A stretch of DNA of 63,811 nt, counting the filler, from Octopus bimaculoides (Eukaryota), in the NCBI RefSeq assembly GCF_001194135.2. It is 6 parts of 6 records of this genome, joined end to end, with 100 filler letters (N's around TTAATTAATTAA, not from the genome) between each part and the next. Parts side by side here need not be neighbours in the genome. Positions count along the whole stretch, not along the records: positions 32,036 to 38,752 come from NC_068989.1; positions 38,853 to 59,742 come from NC_068983.1; 4 more parts are not named here. One strand, given 5' to 3'. The notes under the pieces are model-generated. The model did not search any database, was not told the origin of the DNA, and was given only the letters and a program-made list of their open reading frames with translations. Below, one piece after another: positions 38,460-50,887 of the stretch (the stretch's first letter is position 1; the number at the start of each line of letters is the position of its first letter). A program made the position numbers and the translations under genes.

Positions 38460-38713
38460 GAGGTAGTGAGCAGGACAAAATGCTTAGCGGAATTTCGTCT
38501 CTCCTTACGTTCCGAGTTTAAATTCCGCCGAGTGTGACTTGCCTTTCAACTTTTCGGAGTCGCTAAATTAAGTACCAGTAAAACATTGGGGTCGATATAA
38601 TTGACTAGTTCCCACTATCACTGTCTCTCTCTCTCTCTCTCTCCCTTTCCCTCTCTTTACATGCATTCGCATATGAGCGCAAGCATGTATATCAATGTAT
38701 CTTGCTGTGTGTG

Positions 38714-38752
<39 letters not shown>

Positions 38753-41179
38753 NNNNNNNNNNNNNNNNNNNNNNNNNNNNNNNNNNNNNNNNNNNNTTAA
38801 TTAATTAANNNNNNNNNNNNNNNNNNNNNNNNNNNNNNNNNNNNNNNNNNNNCGCACACATATATATATATGTAATTAAAAAAGTTTACACGGGGAATTA
38901 TTCCATTCAATATCATGATTATTATAGAGATTACATATTCATAGAAAATTTCATTAAAAGATATCTATTTTTCTGAAAGTTATGATCATCCAAAGTCGGA
39001 AGTTGGGGCAGAAATCTGTAGTTATGCCCTGCATTGGCTATTTAGACGAAAGATAAACAAATAAATGAAGAGGAAAAAGAACAAAAATAGGCGGTAAAAT
39101 CAAATTTTTCAGTCTTCACATATTCGAGTTCGGTGCATTAAATTAAAAAAAAAAAAAACGAAACAAATCAAAACAAATAGAGTACTTATATCGCATATTT
39201 GCCCAAAATAACTAATGCTGTCTTTCTGTGTATATTTTGTAAATAGATAAAACACGAGTCATTCTATATGTGTGTCGCTCGGCCTGCTAGAAATGCCAGC
39301 TAAACCCCCTCAAATCCTTAGAAAAGAACATAACTACACTTTGGTATCTCCTCTTCCCGACTTTGTTTCCCCATAAGTTTCTAAAATATAAATATAATTT
39401 TATGCAAATTTTGTAGAAATAGGTTTTCGAATATGTAAAAGACGATTATGTTGATGGAAAAATTAGAATTAAAAATTATTTTTACTTAGAAAGAAAAGAA
39501 AGTTCATACTTTTTTAACTATTGAATATCTCGTGCATAACTATTGCACAGCATCAAAATATCTGTTTTTTTATAACCAACATTAAACTGGAAGGCACAAC
39601 AAAATTTCTCAGTTTATGTTTGCTCTATTGCAGTACAAATCGAAAATAATCTGTAAATGGACTGCTCGGTAAGAGCTAACCGGGCACTAAACAACATTGA
39701 AAGCATACTGAATAAAAGGTAGTGAAAATATACTTACAGACTGCTACCGGTATGAGTTAGCCCGCCCTTTTGCCTTACTCGGTACTTATATGAATGAGCC
39801 AATAAGCTGAAGCTGTTTATATACTAGTCTCGATCAAAACAAAATCCTTCTTTCGATATAAATATTTTATCTGTCATCCCTTCCCAGCTGTTTTGATGCC
39901 GTGTTCGGTAAAATCCGTAAAAAGATTTTACGTATTTATTTTTTGTTTTGATATACCACACATACTTTGATGACCGACTTTCATTCCCTTGACAGCTGAA
40001 TGCATACAGTCATTCACACACGTACTGAGTCCATTCACACACGTACTGAGTCATTCACACACATACACAGAGAAAAAAGAGGGTGATGTGAGTGAAGCAT
40101 GAATCTTAGCCGCACACATACACATAAACACATACAATGCATAGAAACACACACATACACAGACGGTCATTCACACACAGAGAAAAAAAGAGGGTGATGT
40201 GAGTGAAGCATGAATCCTAGCCGCACATAAACACATACAATGCATAGAAACACACCCACACATTAAATTAATCGTAAAAATGAAAAAAAAAAAAAGTGAT
40301 TTTCATTTAATTCAAAAAGAAAATTTCTGTATGCATGTATGTATGTATTTCAAAGGCTCAGCCTTGTCATACTATGTGTCGCTGATTTTGTCTGAGAATT
40401 ACATTAAGGGTACACGTGTCTATGGAATACTCAGCCACTTACACGTTAATTTCATTGAACAAGTAATTCATTTGATCGAACCACTGAAAGCTCATGGTCG
40501 AAACCGCTGGAGGAACCATCATGTATGTATGTATGTGTGTGTGTGTGTGTGTGTGTGTTTGTGTGTGTGTGTAAGGTTAAAAAATGACAAAAAATATCTA
40601 AAAATAACATACGATTTGTAAAAATAATTACATAAAAAATTAAGTATAACAATAGTAAAAATATACACAAGCATAAAACAGATTTATGTATATGCCTGTG
40701 TATGACTGACTGGGATGACAGATAAAATATCTATATCGAAAGAATGCCAAATAATTCAACATGTCATTTGTTTATCAAGAATTTTGATAACAAATCGATG
40801 ATAAAAAGATTAAATAAAAACTCGGCCTATATATTTCCACGTATTTCAATTAATCACTTTCTCCATATAACATGTTAGTTTTTATCTTGCATACGTAAAT
40901 CACGAGTCCTACCAGCCGTGAATCAGAAGTCTATCAGGAAGATTTCGATTTTAGCGACCAGAATATTCAGATGAAATTTATCTGTACTGAACGGTATATC
41001 GTGGGTAAAATCGTGTTTGGGAGTTGCTATCACTTTTCCAAATAGCATATGTTTTAGACGGCAATTTTCAGGACAACATGTATCACTATGAAGAGAGAGA
41101 TGTTCATGGTTAAAACTGACTGAAAAATAAGAGTATAAAAAATATGCAAATGAATCAAATAATATATTATGAGACTGGT

Positions 41180-41500
41180 ACTTTGTTGGTTACAACAACG
41201 AAAGTTCCAGTTGATCCGATCAACGGAACAGCTTGATCGTGAAATTAACGTGCAAGTGGCTGAGCACTCTACAGATACGTTGTAGCCTTACCTTCGTTCT
41301 CAGGGAGATTCAGCATGAAACAGAATGTGACAATTTGGCCCTTTGAAATACAGGTACCACTCGGTTTTTGCCAGCTGAGCGGACAGGAGCAACACGAAAT
41401 AAAGTGTCTTGCTCAAGTACACAACACATCACCAGAAATTGAACTCACAGCCTTACGATCGTTAACCGAATGCCCTAACCACTAAGACATGCACCTTCAC
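41180..41500 (-). mobile_element. tRNA-derived SINE with a CORE-like centre and the same 3' body as 1365-1751
   Basis: Minus strand: tRNA-like head, CTTGAGCAAGACACTTTATTTCGTGTTGCTCC..CAGCTGGCAAAA, then the shared tail ending in (GTT)n. Confidence 0.8.
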
Positions 41501-41974
41501 TAATACGTTATACCCTGATAATGAAATACTCTTACATAAAACCATAAAACAACCATGCAATCTAGATCGGACATTCGAATTGACTTAAGCTGATCTTTAC
41601 ATTTTCATTAAACAAATATATACGTGTATATACAAAGGCAAAAGTTTTAGGATCGCTAAATGTCTATAATGCAGGTGGTATATGTATGTATGTACGTATG
41701 TATGTATATATGTATGTATGCATGCATGCATACATACATACATACATACAGTTCCAGTGATGGATTGGATCTGTAGTCTTCGAATTCGCTTTCTCCTTTC
41801 TGGCTTTGAGAAGCCTAATATCTCAAGATTGGTATTTAGTCAGTGTGTTACATATCCCAGGGCCCCAATAACTATAGGTATAAACTTGAACTCGTAATCT
41901 GGATAGAGTAACTGCAGATTTCTCGTATGTATGTATGTATGTATGTATGTATGTCATTATTCAATTTTTTTTAA

Positions 41975-42233
41975 AGATTTCTTGCCAATAGAGAACTCAT
42001 TGCAAGGAAAAACATTTAATGATTTAAATGGAGTCAAAATGCATCTAGATAACTTTTTATTTCAAAACCAGTCAAATTTTATGGTGAAGGAATATTTAAA
42101 TTGCCTGATAGATGGGCAGAGGTCATTAGTAATAATGGAAATTATTTCATTGAATAAAATTTATTGAAAGGTCAATGATTTATATACCTTTTGCATATTA
42201 AAAAAACAGTCAGAATTTTCCAGACAACTTCAT
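41975..42233 (+). mobile_element. Mariner transposase C-terminus plus right TIR
   Basis: NSLQGKTFNDLNGVKMHLDNF..KFYGEGIFKLPDRWAEVISNNGNYFIE*, followed by a mariner-like end ...AATTTTCCAGACAACTTCA|TA. Confidence 0.85.
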
Positions 42234-42239
42234 ATGTAT

Positions 42240-42548
42240 AATTGCAGCATGGAAGATGTTTGTAAGCCATTTAAGAACACACACACACACACACAAAAAA
42301 AAAAGACCGTAAGATTCACTTCAACATTTAAATTTAATTTGTGTCAAAATATTTTCATTGCCTTGAAACCGCAACCTGTTCACTGATAAAACTACATGCT
42401 GCATCTGAGAAAGTTTTGTTAGTGAACAGATCACGTTTTCAGAGCGCCGAAAATTTTTTGACACAAATTACATTTAAATGTTGAAGTGAATCTAATGGCT
42501 TTTTTGTGTGTTCTTAAATAGCTTACAAATATCTTCCATGCTGCAATT
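42240..42548. mobile_element. Fold-back MITE with >100-bp TIRs
   Basis: AATTGCAGCATGGAAGAT...AGATTCACTTCAACATTTAAAT..AATTTGTGTCAAAA is mirrored at the right end. A related piece lies at ~25540-25750. Confidence 0.8.
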
Positions 42549-42596
42549 GTTTTTGTTTCTGCACACGATCTCAGATCAAGTCACTTGCTATGCAAG

Positions 42597-42627
<31 letters not shown>

Positions 42628-42644
42628 TAGATATACACTCTCGG

Positions 42645-42803
42645 AGTGGTTGGCGTTAGGAAGGGCATCCAGCTGTAGAAACTCTGCCAAATCAGATTGG
42701 AGCCTGGTGTCGCCTCCTGGTCCACCAGTCCTCAGTCAAATCGTCCAACCCATGCTAGCATGGAAAACAGACGTTAAACGACGACGATGATGATGATGAT
42801 GAT
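42645..42803 (+). mobile_element. Family D SINE 3' part
   Basis: Same body and (GAT)n tail as 8468-8797. Confidence 0.85.
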
Positions 42804-43112
42804 ATATAGTTAAGAAAAAAAACATATATCAGAAAGAAGCACCTTCTAAAAATATAGAGCAGTAATTATTACAACAAAATTTTATATCTTGGACATAGAG
42901 TTACCCAAGGTTTCGCACCCACAAAGTTTACTTTTAGGTGTGTCTAAGTGTATACATACATACATACATGCATGCATGCATACATCCATCCATACATACA
43001 TACATGCATACATACACATATACATGTATGTATGTATAAACACACATGCACACACACACAAATATATACATATAGACACACCCAAAAGTAAACCTATATA
43101 TATATATATATA

Positions 43113-43411
43113 CTAGCAGTACAACCCGACGTTGTCCGGGTGTGACTTATTACGCCATCTACGATAAGTCTTGCTAGGTGAAAATCAACTAAAAAAGAAA
43201 GCCTTACAATGAAAAAACCCTTACGATGTAAATATGTTCATAATTCAAAAGACGAAATTAATAGGGAAAGTCTGAAGGCTGTTTTGTGTAACATTATTAA
43301 GTGTACGTAAATTTCATCCGTCTAATTGGCTATACAAATGCTTGTGCAAAACAACTTTTTGCGCAGGAGCTGCTAGGACGGCAATTTGTGATGAAGCAAT
43401 TGCTGGCGATC
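43113..43411 (-). mobile_element. Non-autonomous Helitron 3' end
   Basis: Minus strand: hairpin CCCGG..TCGGG, 8 nt, then CTAG|T. Nearly the same terminus as at 56145. Runs into a gap. Confidence 0.7.
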
Positions 43412-45414
43412 NNNNNNNNNNNNNNNNNNNNNNNNNNNNNNNNNNNNNNNNNNNNNNNNNNNNNNNNNNNNNNNNNNNNNNNNNNNNNNNNNNNNNNNNN
43501 NNNNNNNNNNNNNNNNNNNNNNNNNNNNNNNNNNNNNNNNNNNNNNNNNNNNNNNNNNNNNNNNNNNNNNNNNNNNNNNNNNNNNNNNNNNNNNNNNNNN
43601 NNNNNNNNNNNNNNNNNNNNNNNNNNNNNNNNNNNNNNNNNNNNNNNNNNNNNNNNNNNNNNNNNNNNNNNNNNNNNNNNNNNNNNNNNNNNNNNNNNNN
43701 NNNNNNNNNNNNNNNNNNNNNNNNNNNNNNNNNNNNNNNNNNNNNNNNNNNNNNNNNNNNNNNNNNNNNNNNGTATATATATATATATGGGCAACACACA
43801 CACACTAAATAAAAAAATGTTAGTAAGTACAGAACTTCAGCATTATATATTAAGAGAGGCAACATACACACACACTAAATTTTTAAAATGACAGGTATTT
43901 GTATGTATGTGTGTATTAATGTGTATTCTGTGTCTAATTAAATGCGTTTTAAGAAAGATATTAAAAAAATTCAGTTTACCCGTACGATTTTCACTACAGT
44001 GTTAGGGTTAGGTAGGTAATGATGCGGGTGTTAATCTGAAGATTTACGAAAAGATTTTCAAAAAAAAACTCACAGTTTGTAGGGAATAAATGTTTGTTGA
44101 TTGGGATGTGAAGCTGCTGCCCACACTGGTAAATGACGGTGTTAGAAATGGAAAGTAAACTTATAATTCCCGCCAATTAGAATGAGGTCATTGGTAACCA
44201 TAGGTACATATATATGTGTGTATTTACGTATGATTGGCAGTGTGTCTGTTTATTTGACTCTCACTCCCCTTCGTTTTTTTGTCTTTTTTCTTGGATCGTT
44301 CGTAAAAGAAAGTAGCAATTGAAACGATGTGTAAGAGGAATAGAAATAGTTAATTTTAGAGGGGCAAAGTAATTTTGTATGTATCTGTCATTACAGTATC
44401 GAAATATGATTGTTTCAGTTTTGATAGTTTTCTTTTTCTCCTTCCNNNNNNNNNNNNNNNNNNNNNNNNNNNNNNNNNNNNNNNNNNNNNNNNNNNNNNN
44501 NNNNNNNNNNNNNNNNNNNNNNNNNNNNNNNNNNNNNNNNNNNNNNNNNNNNNNNNNNNNNNNNNNNNNNNNNNNNNNNNNNNNNNNNNNNNNNNNNNNN
44601 NNNNNNNNNNNNNNNNNNNNNNNNNNNNNNNNNNNNNNNNNNNNNNNNNNNNNNNNNNNNNNNNNNNNNNNNNNNNNNNNNNNNNNNNNNNNNNNNNNNN
44701 NNNNNNNNNNNNNNNNNNNNNNNNNNNNNNNNNNNNNNNNNNNNNNNNNNNNNNNNNNNNNNNNNNNNNNNNNNNNNNNNNNNNNNNNNNNNNNNNNNNN
44801 NNNNNNNNNNNNNNNNNNNNNNNNNNNNNNNNNNNNNNNNNNNNNNNNNNNNNNNNNNNNNNNNNNNNNNNNNNNNNNNNNNNNNNNNNNNNNNNNNNNN
44901 NNNNNNNNNNNNNNNNNNNNNNNNNNNNNNNNNNNNNNNNNNNNNNNNNNNNNNNNNNNNNNNNNNNNNNNNNNNNNNNNNNNNNNNNNNNNNNNNNNNN
45001 NNNNNNNNNNNNNNNNNNNNNNNNNNNNNNNNNNNNNNNNNNNNNNNNNNNNNNNNNNNNNNNNNNNNNNNNNNNNNNNNNNNNNNNNNNNNNNNNNNNN
45101 NNNNNNNNNNNNNNNNNNNNNNNNNNNNNNNNNNNNNNNNNNNNNNNNNNNNNNNNNNNNNNNNNNNNNNNNNNNNNNNNNNNNNNNNNNNNNNNNNNNN
45201 NNNNNNNNNNNNNNNNNNNNNNNNNNNNNNNNNNNNNNNNNNNNNNNNNNNNNNNNNNNNNNNNNNNNNNNNNNNNNNNNNNNNNNNNNNNNNNNNNNNN
45301 NNNNNNNNNNNNNNNNNNNNNNNNNNNNNNNNNNNNNNNNNNNNNNNNNTCCTATAGTGTACACAAGAACTGGTATATAATTGCTCACGTGTTATTGACT
45401 CTCTTTCTCTCTGC

Positions 45415-45742
45415 TGTAATAACATACACACACATGTATCACTCACATACATACTTTTCTTTGTACGACGGCCTGTCTTTGATTATGTCCTTATATGTCG
45501 CATTCACACTCTCACACAGACATACATCTTTAACGCCATAATAAATATCTCTGTTATTCATCTAATACGGTTGTGGTCTTTCATTACTGGTCATCTATGT
45601 TATCGTCGTATAACATATCATGTATATCATCTTTGATATATATTTTGTGTTCGACCGTGTGACACGTTTAAATAAAAGGAGTCCTCTGTTCTTCCATTCG
45701 TCACCATTTCTCCTTTTTGAGTTCGCACGGTCCTTCCTTACA
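45415..45742 (+). mobile_element. Possible solo LTR
   Basis: TGTAA...TTACA termini with AATAAA ~70 nt before the end. No TSD seen. Confidence 0.3.
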
Positions 45743-45900
45743 TATATATATAGAAGCAAACATTTAGATTCAGATGAATTAGGTACTTAAGTTGAGGCAC
45801 CAGAATTTAGTACGGTATCATCCATACAATTTCAAAATAAGTTGATTAAAATCAAATTAAGCAACAAGGATATCCAGAGGTAATGCAATACAATCGTTTC

Positions 45901-47116
45901 AAGCTATTTTATTCCTTTTCTATGGTGTTCTACCCTACCTGATCATTTTAATACTTTATAATTTTTGTACCCCTATAAATTCATACTTAGCTTATATAAA
46001 ACAATATATAAACTTAAAATAAACTGCTTAGATTATAATTTAATTAATATATAGTTAGCATGTTCTTTTGCTTCAGTACACCTTTATTAAATACCAGTAA
46101 ATACCAATTGATCAATCTCCATAGATACCATGTAATAAGTTAATGTTTAAGTATATAATATGTATAAATATAAAACTATTTCTATGTAATTTCTTTTCCT
46201 CCCTCTAATGTGGTAAAATTTGGTATATACTCAAAAGTATTCATAGAAATTTTATCCTTTTGTTATAATATCCTTCTTAATAATCTTCTTGATAACCCTA
46301 AATTTTAACTTTATACAATATAGCAATATTGTTTAAAATGGTTTTAGTAATTACTTTATTTATCCCTTTCTTAAAGTGTTCCACCATCCTGATCTTAGTA
46401 TTTATAAGGGCCTTTATGTAAGTAGCCCTTCTAATGAAGGGCTACTATAATATCATAAAACCTATAATATACCTCTTAGTTTATAATTAGTATATAATTA
46501 GCAGATCCTATAACATCAACATTCCTTTAGCTAATACCAGGTATCAGTCTTTATTCATACAAGCTAGATAAGTAAATAAACAATTTTTAGTTTAAAATAC
46601 TTAAATTATTATACATTTTCTATAAATCTTCTCTATTGATGTTAATAAAGTATATATACTTTATCATGGTTTTTAGTGATTAAGCTATTTTATTCCTTTT
46701 CTATGGTGTTCTGCCCTTCCTGATTATTTTATTATTTATAATAGCCTTTATCTATAAAATAAATCTAATTTTTGTACCCCTATAAATTCATACTTGGCTT
46801 ATATAAAACAATACCGGTATCCTCACTACTTAAAATAAGCTGCTTAGATTATAATTTAATTAATATATAGTTAGCATGTTAAATACCAATGATCAATCTT
46901 CACAGATACCATCTAATAAGTTAGTATTTAAGTATATAATATGTATAAATATAAAACTATTTCTATGTAATTTCTTTTTCTCCCTCTATTGTGGTAAAAT
47001 TTGTTATATACTCAAAAGTATTCAAAAAAATTTATCCTTTTGTTATATCCTTCTTAATAATCTTCTGAATAACCCTAAATTTTAACTTTATACAATATGG
47101 CAATATTGTTTAAAAT
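45901..47116. repeat. Two diverged ~440-bp direct repeats (45901-46339, 46682-47116) in an AT-rich island
   Basis: Both copies begin AAGCTATTTTATTCCTTTTCTATGGTGTTCT and end GCAATATTGTTTAAAAT. They are collinear with indels. Confidence 0.9.
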
Positions 47117-48401
47117 ATTTAACTACAGTACCCCATGATAAAATTTCCACTGTATCATTATCAATGGTCTACTAGTGGCTTGCCCCTTTAATTGTCAGCT
47201 AACATCTTGTTTTAAGATTTCCTTGACCAATTCTCATTATATTGCTTCAAATTAATCTTGATAGTTTTATGACCATACCCACTATGATTTCTGTTGACCC
47301 CCTCAAACCCCTTCCAAACAGACAATGCTCCTTGGTCTTTGGCCTTAGATTTTGATATACAAAGATTTGATAAACAAGACTATAAATTAAAACTAACCCC
47401 CAGAAAACAGTGACAAGCTAGATCTTTAACAAGTCTTTCTTCCTGATACCTTAGTAGCTTCTAAGTTGAAGTGAAGACAGCATGTTCTTTGTCTATCTCC
47501 TTACCTTCTTGAAGGTTTTAGGTAAAATTATACTAATGTGTCCATCTGTTTTNNNNNNNNNNNNNNNNNNNNNNNNNNNNNNNNNNNNNNNNNNNNNNNN
47601 NNNNNNNNNNNNNNNNNNNNNNNNNNNNNNNNNNNNNNNNNNNNNNNNNNNNNNNNNNNNNNNNNNNNNNNNNNNNNNNNNNNNNNNNNNNNNNNNNNNN
47701 NNNNNNNNNNNNNNNNNNNNNNNNNNNNNNNNNNNNNNNNNNNNNNNNNNNNNNNNNNNNNNNNNNNNNNNNNNNNNNNNNNNNNNNNNNNNNNNNNNNN
47801 NNNNNNNNNNNNNNNNNNNNNNNNNNNNNNNNNNNNNNNNNNNNNNNNNNNNNNNNNNNNNNNNNNNNNNNNNNNNNNNNNNNNNNNNNNNNNNNNNNNN
47901 NNNNNNNNNNNNNNNNNNNNNNNNNNNNNNNNNNNNNNNNNNNNNNNNNNNNNNNNNNNNNNNNNNNNNNNNNNNNNNNNNNNNNNNNNNNNNNNNNNNN
48001 NNNNNNNNNNNNNNNNNNNNNNNNNNNNNNNNNNNNNNNNNNNNNNNNNNNNNNNNNNNNNNNNNNNNNNNNNNNNNNNNNNNNNNNNNNNNNNNNNNNN
48101 NNNNNNNNNNNNNNNNNNNNNNNNNNNNNNNNNNNNNNNNNNNNNNNNNNNNNNNNNNNNNGAAGCCCGTCGTATATATGTGTATGTATATATATGTGTT
48201 TGTGTATCTGTGTTTGTCCCCCCAACATCGCTTGACAACCGATGCTGGTGTGTTTAAGTCCCCGTCACTTAGCGGTTCGGCATAAGAGACCGATAGAATA
48301 AGTACTAGGCTTACAAAGAATAAGTCCTGGGGTCGATAAGCTCGACTGAAAAGGCGGTGCTCCAGCATGGCCGCAGTCAAATGACTGAAACAAGTAAGAC
48401 A

Positions 48402-48435
<34 letters not shown>

Positions 48436-49038
48436 TAAAAGTTGAAGATCGGAGTTTGTGATCTTATTTTTGTTTCATAGTTGAAAATTGTTACAACAAT
48501 TCCATGGTGACTAATCTTGTATCATGTTTATAAACATGATCTAGTCACATTGGCAATGTCTTCTGTTTCATCAGAATTATGAAATAAAAAATAATATCGC
48601 AAACTTTAATCTTCAGTTTTCATTATTCATACTTTACAGGCAAAAAGTTATTAGCGGATTTTCTCTTTATCTGGAACATCGCTGTTATAAGAGTATATAT
48701 CCCAACTGGAACTTTTCGAAAGAGCCACTGTTCGTAGAAGTGCTTCTCAAGGTAAGCGCCTAGATTATCTTATCCCAATTGACTTTTTACGCGCGCGTGC
48801 ACACACGCACGCACGCGCGCACACACACACACTCACGCACACACACACGTGTATATAGTTATATCTTTCACCATGTATCGACGAAAAACCAGTAGACTTT
48901 GAACAGTCTACTGTTAAATGCTCCTAATGAGCATTGAATAGGCTATCTCAAACATAACATAATTATGCAGTGACCTCATTGCTCATATAAACGAGATATT
49001 TTCCTAATAACTGAAAGCTAAGTGACTTAGACTCAATA

Positions 49039-50261
49039 CAGAGTGCGTCAGTTTTTTGAGGACACCTCTTTCATGAGCTCTTTCTTGTCACTTATTTTTT
49101 TTACCTACTTTTCAGATAAATAATGTGAGACATCAGGTTGGCCCAGCAAATGAAAAGGTGTGTTGCAACCGTTGCTTCAAAAGCGCAATATTGTGATACA
49201 GAGAGAGCTCGCTTCCTCAAGGTTGCCAGATCCTTCGTTCTCAAAGTTCGAAAGCCGGAAGCTGCGGATGGGATCTAACATCAACAGCAAAACGCATGCG
49301 CAAGGTCCTTATACGATTAGAACACATAACATTGTACACAAAGTCCGAGAAATAATCGATACTCCTACCACCCCGAAAGTCAATTACAGCCATTGCAAAG
49401 GACCTCAGAATGCAACATCAGAAGAGCTGTATATGAGGACATCCGATAGAAGTCATATGTGATGTGGAGGGGTCAGTTTATGTCGGATGTGACAAGAGGG
49501 AGTCGTTCGATCTGTGTAAAGCGCTTGCTCAACAAGTTCAAACACCAAGATACTGGAATGCTTTGGTTTTTGTCCGATGAGAAAGACTTCGACCAGGACC
49601 AAAAGGTAAACTGAAGGAACGAAAGATGGTTATGCACAATTCCTAAGGCCATGGAATTCTAAGTTTCCAACAACTGTGATGATTCTGGAAGTCGTCAACA
49701 ACGAGGGAGATGTCATGCCACAGCATGTTTTTCGCAGGGCTCAAGAGTCGATGCTGTTGTCTACATAGAGGTGTTGGAGAAAACTGTGAGGCCCTGCACA
49801 GACAGAGAATGCAACGGAAGACCGTACGTCTTCCAACAAGACTCAGTGCCATGTCATAAGGCCAGGACAGCCCAAGCGTGGATACATGCCAATCTTCATG
49901 ATCGTGTTCTCTCAGACACATGGCTCCATTGCTTAACAGACATCAATCCACTGGACTATTACGTATGGGGCGTAGTCGAGAGAGAGAGGTCAATCAACAT
50001 TTCCGTAACACCATACAATCTCTCAAGTCCGCCAAAAGCAGCACTATTTCTGAAATTGATAAAAATCATCTTATTCGGGCTTGTCAACGCTTCCGACCTC
50101 GTATTGAAGCAGCTATTGATGCTAACAGTGGATTTATTGAATTGGTGTAGTAAGAGGATTCTCAAGATTATTTGTACCAATTTATTTTCAAATGCAGCTT
50201 TGATGAGCTACACATCTTTTTCTAAATTCATACAAATGACCTCAAAAACTGACGCACCCTG
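49039..50261 (+). mobile_element. Full-length decayed DD37D (maT) Tc1/mariner transposon
   Basis: TIRs CAGAGTGCGTCAGTTTTTTGAGG / CAGGGTGCGTCAGTTTTTGAGG with TA on both sides. WFLSDEKDF, and YVFQQDSVPCH...INPLDYYVWG with 37 residues between the second and third D. Stops and frameshifts are present. Confidence 0.9.
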
Positions 50262-50855
50262 TATATCGTCGAATAGAGATACGGATCAACTCTACATGGT
50301 TGCTCGATCTGCTAGATATTGCAGTTAAATCCATATTAAATTAGACTCAGCTGTTTAAAAAGGAAGAACAGAACAGATCATGTGGTCCTAGACAAACTGT
50401 ATCGGAAGAAAAAAGAAAAGACGGGAAGATCGCAGTTAGAACATTTTGATCAAAGATAAATCTGCTGAATAAGAGGTGATTTTGGGTTCAGTAACAACAA
50501 AATCGTCGTCGTCATCATCATCAGCAGTGGCAGAGCAGAGAATCCTCTGACAGTCAAAACAATATCCTGAGGATTTGGTAACTTGTGATCCCCAGCACTT
50601 CTCTGACGGCAAGAACTAGTTTCTTAGTCGAGTCAAGAAAAAAGATGAGTAATGTTTTATAACCAAAAAACTTTTCTTTAAATTTGAAACAAGGTTATTG
50701 CGGTTAATTTTTGCTTAAGTGGTGAGCTTTCCAAACCTCTCATCCCAATATGATTCATTCAATCATGTGCTTAAGAACATTACATACATACATACACCTC
50801 TTTCTTTCTCCCACACGCATACTATCTTTCACACACGCATACACACACATGCGCG

Positions 50856-50887
<32 letters not shown>

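Noticed and set aside
45985-46680. Alternative genetic code ORF (a minus frame with only TAA/TAG stops over ~230 codons)
   Set aside because: The stop density is about what this AT content predicts, TG is locally depleted, and six frames were examined, so it is not significant.
45880-47120. NUMT or organellar insertion
   Set aside because: I recognise no rRNA, tRNA or OXPHOS motif. It is not excluded without BLAST.
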